NCBI GenBank assembly: GCA_016186955.1
Contig: JACPKP010000009.1
Span: forward strand, 225,595-289,594
DNA from: Candidatus Daviesbacteria bacterium
GTDB taxonomy: Bacteria; Patescibacteriota; Microgenomatia; Daviesbacterales; UBA10151
Direction of reading: 5' to 3'
DNA length: 64,000 nt
Within the stretch, counting starts at the first letter, position 1. Each line of letters begins with the position of its first letter. This document shows positions 53,624 to 63,192 of the stretch, one piece after another. The notes beneath the pieces are model-generated. The model saw only the letters and a program-made list of their open reading frames with translations, was not told where the DNA came from and made no database searches. Both the position numbers and the translations under genes were made by a program.

Positions 53624-55187
53624 CATCCCCCCAGTAATTCTTCTGCTCCTAGCCTATTTTTTCAAAGAACTTATTTTTACAGCGCTTATACCGATGTGGC
53701 ATACACCTGATGAGCAAGCTCATTTTGCCCAAGTTGCCTATTTTGCTGAATTTGGGAAAATGCCCAGTACCGCTCCTGATTTAAATAGAGAGATTTTTGA
53801 ATCGGAAAAATTACTCGGGACTCTGCGTGATTCAAACGGAAACAATAAATTTACATATCACCCGGAATATAAAATTCAATATACAAATTCTTATATTGGG
53901 AAATATGAAAATGAAATAAATAATTTCCCGAGAGAATACAGACAAGAATTAGTTAAACAAGAAGCAGCTAACTACCCACCCCTCTATTATTGGATTTCCT
54001 CTGTACCCTACAAATTTTTTTACAACTCCGGTTTGATTACCCGCGTATTTGTACTAAGAATGATTTCTGTTTTGATGGGAGTGGGAATGGTTTATTTTGT
54101 ATTTTTAATAGGGAAAATTATATTTTCTAAAAATACTCTTTACCAATATACTTTGGTAATTTTGGTAGCATTCCAGCCGATGTTTTCTTTTGTATCCGCA
54201 GGTATTACAAGTGACAATTTAACAAATCTATTTTTTACAATTGTTATATATTGCGGGTTTTTAGTTTTAAAAAATGGCATAAAAAAAAATAGTATTTTTT
54301 TATTTATATCAATACTTTTTCTTTTATACCTGACAAAACCTCAATTTATTTTAGCTTTACCTATTTTTTTAACCGCCTTAATTATTAAGCTTTTACTAAG
54401 TAAAGCATTCTTACTGACAAAAATATTATTAACGACCCTTTTTGGGCTGGTTTTGCTGGCTTTAGCCATAAATATTAATAACCCTGCTATATATCAGCTC
54501 CTTGAAAAAGTTTATCCGCAAAGTTTTTTTCCGGGAAAAGCCCTTTTTTCAGTAAATTCTGTTGAATTTTTAAAAATCAGTTTGAACAGAATAATACATG
54601 AAACTATCCCTTGGTATTGGGGGGTTTTTGATTGGCTTGGGGTTGTAATGCCTATTGAAGTTATCAGGATTTTGAACAGATTAATGATTCTTGCGGGAAC
54701 AGGGATATTAATCAAATTATTCTTAATGTTAAGAAAAAGGAATAGAGAAGACTGGTACTTTTTATATTTGATTTTAATTTCATTAATATATTTTGGAGGA
54801 ATCCTGTTATGGGATTTTATTTATTACCAAAGCCATTATTTTTCATTTGGCCTTCAAGGGAGATATTTTTTCCCGACAATTATTGCCCATATGGCGATAT
54901 TTTTAGTGGGCCTTGTTACCTTGGTTCCTAAGAAATTGGCAGTAATTAAAGAAATCTGGACTAAACTAATCGCAGTTGGTATGATGACGCTGAATTTTCT
55001 TGCGCTTTGGATTATTTTGAAAATTTACTATGATCTGTCTAATCTGAATGCTTTTATAATAGAGTCAAGCCAATACAAGCCATGGTTTTTTAAAGGAGGA
55101 ATGTTGATTTTTTGGATAATAGCTTATTTTATTATCCTGTGTTTATTCTTCTACAGATTTTTAAGGCTTAAATTGGTAAAACCATGA
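53580..55187 (+). CDS. Polytopic membrane protein, GT-C-like (DUF2142-like)
   Basis: 535 aa, at least 11 TM segments, with an N-terminal periplasmic loop motif MWHTPDEQAHFAQVAYF (PDExxHF) recalling DUF2142/GT-C proteins. Confidence 0.35.
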   Translation: MRRTKNLKKLKRMSSIPPVILLLLAYFFKELIFTALIPMWHTPDEQAHFAQVAYFAEFGKMPSTAPDLNREIFESEKLLGTLRDSNGNNKFTYHPEYKIQYTNSYIGKYENEINNFPREYRQELVKQEAANYPPLYYWISSVPYKFFYNSGLITRVFVLRMISVLMGVGMVYFVFLIGKIIFSKNTLYQYTLVILVAFQPMFSFVSAGITSDNLTNLFFTIVIYCGFLVLKNGIKKNSIFLFISILFLLYLTKPQFILALPIFLTALIIKLLLSKAFLLTKILLTTLFGLVLLALAININNPAIYQLLEKVYPQSFFPGKALFSVNSVEFLKISLNRIIHETIPWYWGVFDWLGVVMPIEVIRILNRLMILAGTGILIKLFLMLRKRNREDWYFLYLILISLIYFGGILLWDFIYYQSHYFSFGLQGRYFFPTIIAHMAIFLVGLVTLVPKKLAVIKEIWTKLIAVGMMTLNFLALWIILKIYYDLSNLNAFIIESSQYKPWFFKGGMLIFWIIAYFIILCLFFYRFLRLKLVKP

Positions 55188-55203
55188 TAATGCTCAAAAA
55201 AAT

Positions 55204-55227
55204 GAATAAATTTGTATTCGATTTTTT
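55204..55227. terminator. Weak candidate bidirectional intrinsic terminator between convergent genes
   Basis: gaata-aatttg-tattc hairpin (5-bp stem) followed by gatttttt. The stem is AT-rich and weak. Confidence 0.2.
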
Positions 55228-55233
55228 AAATTT

Positions 55234-55959
55234 TTAGTCGATAAACCTATATTTGATAATAGCCCAAAAAATCAAAAAACCATCTGGCATAATTCTAATT
55301 TTCTTACCTTCTTTCGGTGACCGTGATCTATAAGAAATAGGCACTTCATATGGCAAGATCCCTTTTTTAGTAAACTTAGCGATCATTTCCCAATCGATAT
55401 CAAAATATTTTGATCTAAATTTAATATCCGTTAAGCATTCCTTTTTAAAAACTTTATAAGCTGTTCCCGGATCTGTTATATTAATTCCGTAAAGTAAATT
55501 TACGAGCCTGCTGTATAGGATACTACCGATATTTAAGACTTTTGCGTAAAACATTGAATCCAAAAATTGTCTTGAATGCCATTCATTTGTTAACAAATGT
55601 CTTGAACCGATGACAAAACTTGCATATCCTTTCAAAATCGGTTTTAAAAGAGCAGGGTATTCCTCAATTTTATACTCAAGATCAGCATCTTGTATTAGTA
55701 TAATATCCCCAGTTACTTTTTTGAGCCCTGCCCTAACCGCAAACCCTTTTCCCGAATTGGTTTTAAGCTTAATAAGTTTAAATTTGTATTTTTTTTCATT
55801 TTTTTTAAGGAAATTCTCTGTTCCATCAGTGGATTTGTCATCCACTACTATAATCTCCTTGCTTATTTGCTTAATTTTTAGTTTGTTAATCCTCATTAAA
55901 ACTTTTTCAATAGTTTTAATTTCATTAAAAATTGGGATAATAATAGATAATTTTGTCAT
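55234..55959 (-). CDS. GT2 family glycosyltransferase (Dpm1/GtrB-like soluble form)
   Basis: LSIIIPIFNEIKTIEKVL...EIIVVDDKSTDGT...IQDADLE. Confidence 0.7.
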   Translation of the reverse strand: MTKLSIIIPIFNEIKTIEKVLMRINKLKIKQISKEIIVVDDKSTDGTENFLKKNEKKYKFKLIKLKTNSGKGFAVRAGLKKVTGDIILIQDADLEYKIEEYPALLKPILKGYASFVIGSRHLLTNEWHSRQFLDSMFYAKVLNIGSILYSRLVNLLYGINITDPGTAYKVFKKECLTDIKFRSKYFDIDWEMIAKFTKKGILPYEVPISYRSRSPKEGKKIRIMPDGFLIFWAIIKYRFID

Positions 55960-56038
55960 AATTTAAATGAAATTAATTGTCCGATGTAAGCATAAGTATG
56001 ATCATACATAAACTTTATAAATTATATAGAATGAAAAA

Positions 56039-56908
56039 TTAATTTTTTAGAAGCATTAAATAATCACCTGTTTTTATTGGAAATGGTAATCTTTGTATGA
56101 ATTTTGGCAGTAGAAGAAAAACATTTGATACTAATCCTAAAAATGGGGTTGGATAAGTACGAAAATGGGAATAGATATACTCGAGTGTTAAAAATTTAGA
56201 TACAGATTTCTCATGAATAATTTGAAGGTTACTTTTTTGAGATAATATCTTGAGGGATTTTGGAGAAAAATAATAAATATGTTCTTCTTTAAAATTCGTC
56301 CACCTTTTGCCTAAAATTTTGGCCCAAAAACTTGCTATGTTAGGTGTAACTATTATTAAATAACCATTCGGTTTGAGAATTTTTTTAACCTTTTGGAGTA
56401 TTGATATAGGGTTTGGAAGGTGTTCTATAACATCAGCCATCGTTATAATATCAAAACCGGTCTTTTTATATGGCATCTTTTCAAAATCCCCACAGTATAT
56501 TTTACCCGGAAATTTTTTTTCTGCCTCTTTAGCCGCAAAAGTAGAAATTTCTGTACCGTAACAATCACAGCCTTTTTCCTTTGCTAATTCAAGCAAAAAT
56601 CCTGTTGCACACCCAATATCCAGTAGTTTTTTACCATTTAAAGTAGTCAAATTTTCAACGAGTTTTAAATAGGATGCAAAAGTTTTCTTTTTCATTTTTC
56701 TGACGTTATCTTTTACCTCTTTAGTAAGTGTAGGAGTAGTACCATGCCAAAAACGGAAGTAATCCTTATTATATATTTTTTTCAACTTTTCATTCGTAAT
56801 ACCACCAACAGCAAAATATAAATTGCATTGGTTGCAATGATATAAATCAAAAAAAGGCAAAGAAAAAGAAAAATTTATTTTTGGGGATTTACAAATGTGA
56901 CATTGCAT
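56039..56908 (-). CDS. Class I SAM-dependent methyltransferase with an N-terminal zinc ribbon
   Basis: CHICKS...YHCNQCN Zn ribbon, then motif I LLDIGCATGFLLE. Confidence 0.65.
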   Translation of the reverse strand: MQCHICKSPKINFSFSLPFFDLYHCNQCNLYFAVGGITNEKLKKIYNKDYFRFWHGTTPTLTKEVKDNVRKMKKKTFASYLKLVENLTTLNGKKLLDIGCATGFLLELAKEKGCDCYGTEISTFAAKEAEKKFPGKIYCGDFEKMPYKKTGFDIITMADVIEHLPNPISILQKVKKILKPNGYLIIVTPNIASFWAKILGKRWTNFKEEHIYYFSPKSLKILSQKSNLQIIHEKSVSKFLTLEYIYSHFRTYPTPFLGLVSNVFLLLPKFIQRLPFPIKTGDYLMLLKN

Positions 56909-58310
56909 ATAATTTTTTTAAAAAATATAATTCAAGCAGGGTAAATAACAAGAACACAAGGATGCCTTGTTTGGTGCGAAGAAGAAATATATCTGGTGGC
57001 GATATTCTATAATTTAAATCAAAGTTAATATATTCCTGAAAAGCTTCACGCCAATATTTCCGATCCTCATCCATATAATTTAATCTGAATATGATTTTCC
57101 ATTGGCCGTATAGAGGTGAAAGCTGCGCTATAGGATAAATATCATATATGCCTAGTTTTTTTTGGATATAAGAAATATATCGGTGGTAACTTATATAAAT
57201 TGATGAAAATTGGATAATTAAAGAAACTAAAAATACGGATATAAATATGACTCTCCAGGATCTTTCTTTATAACTTTTTAAAAAATACATGAGAAGTATG
57301 ATGAAGAAGGGAAGAGAGGTATAAAGATATCTTGTTCCCCAAGCCAAATCACCTGTTGGTGATTGGAAAAAGGAAAAGAAGGTAAAGTTAATTAAAGTCA
57401 TTATTGTGAAAAATCCGAGCATAAAAGGATTACATTTTTTTAATTTTTTTATCCCTAAAAATGCAAAAAAAATGATTGGTTGATATAAGAATAGACTTTT
57501 TCCCGGAGATAATAAGTTTATATATAATCCATAGAAAAATGGGAAGCCAAATGTTTTAATATCCCTGTAGCCTGAATCAAAAATATCACCGAACCTTAAA
57601 TAATTGTAAATAAAATAAATTATTACACAAAAAAATAATGGAATAATGAAATACAAGAAGTGCTTTAAATTAATTTTTTTTGAAATGAATACATATATTA
57701 AACAAGGAAGAAATATTAAAATTCCGAACTTTGTTAAGAAGGTAAAACCAAACAAAAATCCAGCCAAAGCAAGATTTTTAGGAGTTTGCTTCCAAAAAAT
57801 AAATACATAAGAAGCAGAATAAAAAAGTAAAGTGGTAAGTGGTTCCGAGAATAAAGTTTTAGTGTACGCTGATAAATAAGTGCCAAAACCTAGCAATAAT
57901 GCACCCATTATTGCGTATTTTTCAGAGAACTTTAATTTTATAAGATATTTATACGTAAGAACAACCAATAATGACGTTATGAAACAGTTAGTAAGAGAAG
58001 GGAAAAATCCTGCATAAAAATATGTATTATGAAAAACATCTAAAAATAATTTTTCAAGCAAATACATGGGTATAATAATTAAAGATGAAATTAATCCATA
58101 TTTGGAATAGCAAACATTCCCTGATTTTGCAGCCTCCCAGAAGCAATCTACAGCAAAACTTTGGTGATCAATGAGATTTTTAGCAGTTTGATACATTGAT
58201 TGACTATCGCTCTCCCAAAAATTACCGCCTGTGATGGAAATATAGAAGAAAAGGAAAAGTAAAAAAAGCGTTAAAGGCGGGGAATCTATAATTTTAGTTA
58301 GTCTAATCAT
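56889..58310 (-). CDS. Polytopic membrane protein, putative GT-C glycosyltransferase/polymerase
   Basis: 473 aa with at least 11 TM segments. It overlaps and is coupled with the Zn-ribbon MTase downstream. No soluble catalytic domain. Confidence 0.35.
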   Translation of the reverse strand: MIRLTKIIDSPPLTLFLLFLFFYISITGGNFWESDSQSMYQTAKNLIDHQSFAVDCFWEAAKSGNVCYSKYGLISSLIIIPMYLLEKLFLDVFHNTYFYAGFFPSLTNCFITSLLVVLTYKYLIKLKFSEKYAIMGALLLGFGTYLSAYTKTLFSEPLTTLLFYSASYVFIFWKQTPKNLALAGFLFGFTFLTKFGILIFLPCLIYVFISKKINLKHFLYFIIPLFFCVIIYFIYNYLRFGDIFDSGYRDIKTFGFPFFYGLYINLLSPGKSLFLYQPIIFFAFLGIKKLKKCNPFMLGFFTIMTLINFTFFSFFQSPTGDLAWGTRYLYTSLPFFIILLMYFLKSYKERSWRVIFISVFLVSLIIQFSSIYISYHRYISYIQKKLGIYDIYPIAQLSPLYGQWKIIFRLNYMDEDRKYWREAFQEYINFDLNYRISPPDIFLLRTKQGILVFLLFTLLELYFLKKLYAMSHL

Positions 58311-58350
58311 AATTTAAGTGAAACTAACACTATGATATTATCATAGAATT

Positions 58351-59907
58351 ATGATTAATCAATTTAACGAAACACCACTCCGGTGTACATTGGAGCGGTT
58401 TCTTTCCAAAAAGATGTTTTTTAGAGTGATTTTAGTTTTTTATCTTTTTGCTTGCTTGGTTTTTTACCCCTTTTATAAATATCAAATTAATGTTGATGCA
58501 ATAGCCTACCTCTCCATTAGCAAAAAATATTTAAACGCAGATTTTTACAATGCCGTTAATGGTTACTGGAGTCCCCTTTTATCAATAACTTATCTACCAT
58601 TTTTAGCAATCGGATTGGATCAGCTTGAGGTTACCAAATTAACTTCTATTATATTTGGAGCGGTAGTTCTATTTTTATTAAAGAAAATCTTAGGCACATT
58701 AAAAATAGAATTAAAATATACCAACCTTTTATTACTTTCTTTAGTACCGACGATTATTTATTTTGGTTATACAGTGATCAGCCCTGATTTACTTTTTTTG
58801 GCCATTTTTACTATTTATATTTTTTTAATTCTTTCAAAAAAGTATTTAAAAAGTTATAAGCATTCTGTTCTGATTGGCTTGATAGGATCACTTTTGTATC
58901 TTACAAAATCATTTGGGTTTATTTTCTTTATAGCGCATTTTACCCTTGTTAACTTAGTTTTTTTTATTTCTTTTAAGCAAAAAAGAAGATTAATAAAGTC
59001 TGTTTTATTTGCTTTTCTAACCTTTTGCGTTATCAGCGGAATTTGGATAATAATTATCTCCAATAAATACGGTTATTTAACATTTGGAACATCAGCTAAA
59101 CATAACCATGCAATTATAGGACCTAAACTATATCCCCGACCCTTTTTTGATAATAGAATTTTTATTCCTCCTAACGCCACTGCTTTGACTGCCAGCGAAG
59201 ACCCCTCATATTTGGAAATTGAGGATTGGAATTCTATCTCCTCCCTATGGAATTTAAAGTACCAATTCTTTATTTTTAGAAATAATTTATTGAGAGCATT
59301 AATTTTACTGAGCACTTTATCAATATTTATGGTTCCGATTTTTCTGCTAGCTCTATATAAAATGTATACTTTCAGGGAAAGAATTAAAAATAACCCTAAT
59401 TTACTTTTATTGACCCTCAGCGGATTTATGTACCCTTTACTTTATTCAAATATATTAGTTGAGGAGAGATATTTATGGCCGGTATCCGTTGTTGGAGCAA
59501 TTCTGTTTTTTTTATTTTTTAAAAAAATTAGATCCTTCTTTTTAACCCTATTCTTAATAAGTTTGGTTATTTATCCTACTTCAGAGCTATATAAAAATAT
59601 TAACTCCGGAAAACAGTATTATCAGCTAGCCCAAGAAGTTGGAAAGTTAAATTTAGGAAAATTTAATTTTGCGTCAAACAATTCAGTTGCTAATTCTCAA
59701 TTTATAGCCTTTTATAACAAATCAAGGTATTTCGGAAAATTAGGAGATTTTAAGGATAGACCTCTTTTGGTTCAAATGTTGAAATCTTATGGCATAAATT
59801 ATTACTTTGTTTGGGAGGAGAATAAAATGAAAAATAAACTCAAAGGGTTTTTACCAGAGATTAATCAAAATAAAATTCCAGAATTAAAAATTTATAAAGT
59901 GAATTAA
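58351..59907 (+). CDS. Polytopic membrane protein, putative GT-C glycosyltransferase
   Basis: 518 aa, at least 11 TM segments, with an early loop that has acidic/aromatic residues (YQINVDAIAYLSISKKY). Confidence 0.35.
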   Translation: MINQFNETPLRCTLERFLSKKMFFRVILVFYLFACLVFYPFYKYQINVDAIAYLSISKKYLNADFYNAVNGYWSPLLSITYLPFLAIGLDQLEVTKLTSIIFGAVVLFLLKKILGTLKIELKYTNLLLLSLVPTIIYFGYTVISPDLLFLAIFTIYIFLILSKKYLKSYKHSVLIGLIGSLLYLTKSFGFIFFIAHFTLVNLVFFISFKQKRRLIKSVLFAFLTFCVISGIWIIIISNKYGYLTFGTSAKHNHAIIGPKLYPRPFFDNRIFIPPNATALTASEDPSYLEIEDWNSISSLWNLKYQFFIFRNNLLRALILLSTLSIFMVPIFLLALYKMYTFRERIKNNPNLLLLTLSGFMYPLLYSNILVEERYLWPVSVVGAILFFLFFKKIRSFFLTLFLISLVIYPTSELYKNINSGKQYYQLAQEVGKLNLGKFNFASNNSVANSQFIAFYNKSRYFGKLGDFKDRPLLVQMLKSYGINYYFVWEENKMKNKLKGFLPEINQNKIPELKIYKVN

Positions 59908-59938
59908 TAATAGTATAATCAGACAAATTTTAAACTAG

Positions 59939-61378
59939 ATGAATATTGGCAAAAAGAAAAAGGTAGTGATTATTGGAGCTGGTCCAGCCGGGCTTGCTGC
60001 AGCATATGAATTTTTAAGACAGGATCAGTTAAGTAAGTTTAAAATAGAGATCTATGAGATGGATTCCCAAGTGGGGGGATTAGCAAAGACATTATATTAC
60101 AAGGGATACAGGTTTGATTTAGGTGGGCACAGGTTTTATACAAAATTCCCTGAAATTAATAATTTCTACAAAAATTTTTTAAAAAGGGATATGTTGGTTA
60201 GGAAAAGGCTATCCAGAATATATTATGATAAAAAATTTTATAATTATCCGCTTTTAGCCAGTAATGCCCTTAAAAATTTAGGGATTAAAAAGTCAATAAA
60301 AATTATTTTAAGTTGGATAAAACGCCAGTTTAATAAATATAAAGATGAATTTACTTTTGACCAATGGGTCGCAAATAGATTTGGTGATGAGTTGTTTAAA
60401 ATTTTCTTTAAATCATATACAGAAAAAGTTTGGGGTATAAAAACTTCAAAATTATCTGCTGATTGGGCTGCCCAAAGAATTCAAAATTTCACCTTATCGA
60501 AAGCAATTTTGAATGCATTATTCCAATTTAACACCGGCTCCAAAACTATAATAAAAAAATTTTATTATCCCAAATATGGTCCTGGAATGCTTTATGAGAG
60601 AATAAAATCCCTGCTTGAAAAAAATAATGTTAAGATTTTTTTAAACCATGAAATTACAGGTTTTAATCTTTCGGCAAATAACGTTGGTAGTATTAATATT
60701 CAGGATAATTTAAAAAAGAAAATAAAAAAAGTAAAAACAGATGTTATTGTTTCCACAATGCCTTTTGATAAACTGGTTAGTTACCTTAACCCTCCGAAAA
60801 ATGTAAAAGTACAAATAAGCAAATTGAAGTTCAGAAATTTTATAGCTGTTAATTTAATTGTTAAGTCAAACCCGTTTCCCGACCAATGGATTTACATACA
60901 TGACCCTAATGTTAAAGTTGGGAGGATACAAAATTTTAAGAACTGGAGCCCCTTCATGATAAAGGAAGGCAAAAAGAATACTGCTATTGGTATGGAATAT
61001 TTTTCTTCCGAAGGCGATGATCTTTGGCAAATGGCAGATGAAGAAATTATAAACTTGGCAAAACAGGAAATTGAAGAAATAGGCTTGATCCAAAAAAATG
61101 ATATTGAAGATGCTTTTGTCTGTCGTGCACGAAATGCGTATCCTATTTATGATTTTAATTATCAAATTCCCCTTAAAGCAGCTAAAAATTTTATTTCCAA
61201 GTTTTCTCAAATTTACCCATGTGGAAGAGGTGGGCTTTTTAGGTACAATAACCAAGACCATTCCATATTGGCAGGATTTTATACTGCAAGAAATATTATT
61301 GCAGGCAAAATTGTTAATGATGTTTGGGGACTTAATGAGAGCGATAATTATTTAGAGGAAAAAACAAAGAAAAGTTAA
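59939..61378 (+). CDS. FAD-dependent oxidoreductase, UDP-galactopyranose mutase (Glf/UGM)-like, long form
   Basis: KKVVIIGAGPAGLAAAYEFL (FAD Rossmann) and WVANRFGDELFKIFFKSYTEKVWG (compare Glf EDLYQALIKGYTEKQWG). At 479 aa it is longer than typical bacterial Glf. Confidence 0.45.
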   Translation: MNIGKKKKVVIIGAGPAGLAAAYEFLRQDQLSKFKIEIYEMDSQVGGLAKTLYYKGYRFDLGGHRFYTKFPEINNFYKNFLKRDMLVRKRLSRIYYDKKFYNYPLLASNALKNLGIKKSIKIILSWIKRQFNKYKDEFTFDQWVANRFGDELFKIFFKSYTEKVWGIKTSKLSADWAAQRIQNFTLSKAILNALFQFNTGSKTIIKKFYYPKYGPGMLYERIKSLLEKNNVKIFLNHEITGFNLSANNVGSINIQDNLKKKIKKVKTDVIVSTMPFDKLVSYLNPPKNVKVQISKLKFRNFIAVNLIVKSNPFPDQWIYIHDPNVKVGRIQNFKNWSPFMIKEGKKNTAIGMEYFSSEGDDLWQMADEEIINLAKQEIEEIGLIQKNDIEDAFVCRARNAYPIYDFNYQIPLKAAKNFISKFSQIYPCGRGGLFRYNNQDHSILAGFYTARNIIAGKIVNDVWGLNESDNYLEEKTKKS

Positions 61379-61389
61379 TTTTTGGGTAT

Positions 61390-62562
61390 TTAAATTGTCC
61401 TGGATGTAATTCGGGTAAACTTTGATTTTAATTTTAAAAACCAAATCTCGTACATATAATAAGACAATAAACCGAAAATGACTGTAAGCATAAATGCTAA
61501 AGTCACCATGAGGATTTTTTTATCATTTCCAGGCAGTAAGCTGGCTACTAAATCAATAGCAAGTATATGCCATACATACAACCCATAGCTGATTTTTCCC
61601 AAAAAAGTGAAAGGCTTAAATTTTAAGAATCCACCTATACCATCTTTTTTGATGGTGGTATAGACAAAATAGACCATGAACATACCTATAACTAAGTAGC
61701 CTAAAGTGACATTTAATATCTGGTTAGGATCAAAAAGGTAAACTTTATAAAGAATAATTGCTAAAATTACCATACAAAATATTCGAAATTTGAAGCCTAT
61801 AAATTTGTTAATGAAAATTAAAAGATTTGGTCTATAATGCAATATTGCAGCTAGGATTGCACCTGAGGTTAGGGTATCAATTCTCGCCAGCGTATTGGTA
61901 TATATTCCGGGGTGAGACACACCAGTTGCTGATAGATACAGCCTTGTAATAATTGATAACAAAATGACCAAAAACCCTGTTATGAAGGTAGTTTTAATAT
62001 TTTTAACAAATAACAATATGATTGGCCAGATGAAATAGAATTGTTCCTCTAAAGAAATAGTCCAAAGGTGTGATATGTTTGTAAAATTACTGTATCCATT
62101 TAATGAAACTACCCAATTTCCAAGAAATAATAAATAATACGGTAAAGATTTATTGATCTCTAATTGGTACGCTAGATTTGAAAAGTCTTGGCCAAATAAA
62201 TTATGTAAAATAAAGGGTATGAAGAAAAAACCTACCATGAGAGCCAAATAATAAAGAGGCCAAATTCGCAGAGCCCGTCTCATCCAGAAATTCTTCAGTG
62301 AAAAACTTCCGAATTTTTCCCGTTCTTTTAGCAATAAATTTGTAATTAAAAAACCGCTTAATACAAAAAAAAGGTCAACACCGACCCAACCGTTTTTTTG
62401 AATAATGACAAGAAAAAAATTTATAAAAAGATTATTACTGCTAATATTCAGCAGGGAATGGTGAAGAAAAACTATCAGAAATGCAAAAAACCTTAACCCA
62501 TCCAAAGATGGATAATAAAAACTTTGACCAACGGGGTTGACAGGTAGTTTAGTTTTTGACAT
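61390..62562 (-). CDS. Acyltransferase family 3 membrane O-acyltransferase (OatA/OafA-like)
   Basis: PSLDGLRFFAFLIVFLHHS is the N-terminal signature of Acyl_transf_3. It has about 10 TM helices. Confidence 0.7.
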   Translation of the reverse strand: MSKTKLPVNPVGQSFYYPSLDGLRFFAFLIVFLHHSLLNISSNNLFINFFLVIIQKNGWVGVDLFFVLSGFLITNLLLKEREKFGSFSLKNFWMRRALRIWPLYYLALMVGFFFIPFILHNLFGQDFSNLAYQLEINKSLPYYLLFLGNWVVSLNGYSNFTNISHLWTISLEEQFYFIWPIILLFVKNIKTTFITGFLVILLSIITRLYLSATGVSHPGIYTNTLARIDTLTSGAILAAILHYRPNLLIFINKFIGFKFRIFCMVILAIILYKVYLFDPNQILNVTLGYLVIGMFMVYFVYTTIKKDGIGGFLKFKPFTFLGKISYGLYVWHILAIDLVASLLPGNDKKILMVTLAFMLTVIFGLLSYYMYEIWFLKLKSKFTRITSRTI

Positions 62563-62580
62563 ATTAACTTTAATTATTCA

Positions 62581-63192
62581 ATGATCAAGTCAATTAAATC
62601 AGCAATAGACTCCATTTGGGAAGTACCCATTTTTTATAAACTCCTGCAAGCTACTTTAGCAGGCGGGGGACATTCAACTATAAAAAAATATCTTAAAAAA
62701 CAGATACCTAAAAACACTAAAAGTATTTTGGATCAAGGTTGCGGCACCGGAGAGTATTCGCTGCTTTTTAATGATGAATATACCGGATTAGATAATAGCG
62801 TAAAAGATATTAAACATGCAAAAGAGAGATACCATAGTAATTTTATAGTTGGGACTGCAGCTAAAATGCCTTTTAAAAATAACAGCTTTGATGTTATTTT
62901 TGCAGTTGGGTTGCATCATCATCTTTCTGATGGATTAGCCAAAAAAGCAATTCTGGAATCACTCAGGGTTTGTAAAAATTTAGGGAAAATTATAATAATA
63001 GATGCTATGTTGCCTAAATCCCCTTTAAATCTGATAGGACTGGTTTTAAGAAAATTGGATAGGGGAGGACATGTCAGAAAAGCAGAGGATACACTCAAGC
63101 TTTTACCCAAAGGATTAATTTTTAAACATGAAATAATTTCCAGCTTCCCTTTTGATTATTTAACTATTGTTTTTCAAAACACTAAAGCTTGA
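62581..63192 (+). CDS. Class I SAM-dependent methyltransferase
   Basis: Motif I ILDQGCGTGEYSLLF. 203 aa. Confidence 0.65.
   Translation: MIKSIKSAIDSIWEVPIFYKLLQATLAGGGHSTIKKYLKKQIPKNTKSILDQGCGTGEYSLLFNDEYTGLDNSVKDIKHAKERYHSNFIVGTAAKMPFKNNSFDVIFAVGLHHHLSDGLAKKAILESLRVCKNLGKIIIIDAMLPKSPLNLIGLVLRKLDRGGHVRKAEDTLKLLPKGLIFKHEIISSFPFDYLTIVFQNTKA

Noticed and set aside
100-61355. Many 60-140-aa ORFs sit antisense to or nested within long genes, for example 100..351, 1838..2335, 12979..13398, 46596..46928 and 60866..61261.
   Set aside because: They are embedded in well-supported long CDSs on the other strand, have low-complexity AT-driven composition and no recognisable motifs. I treat them as spurious.
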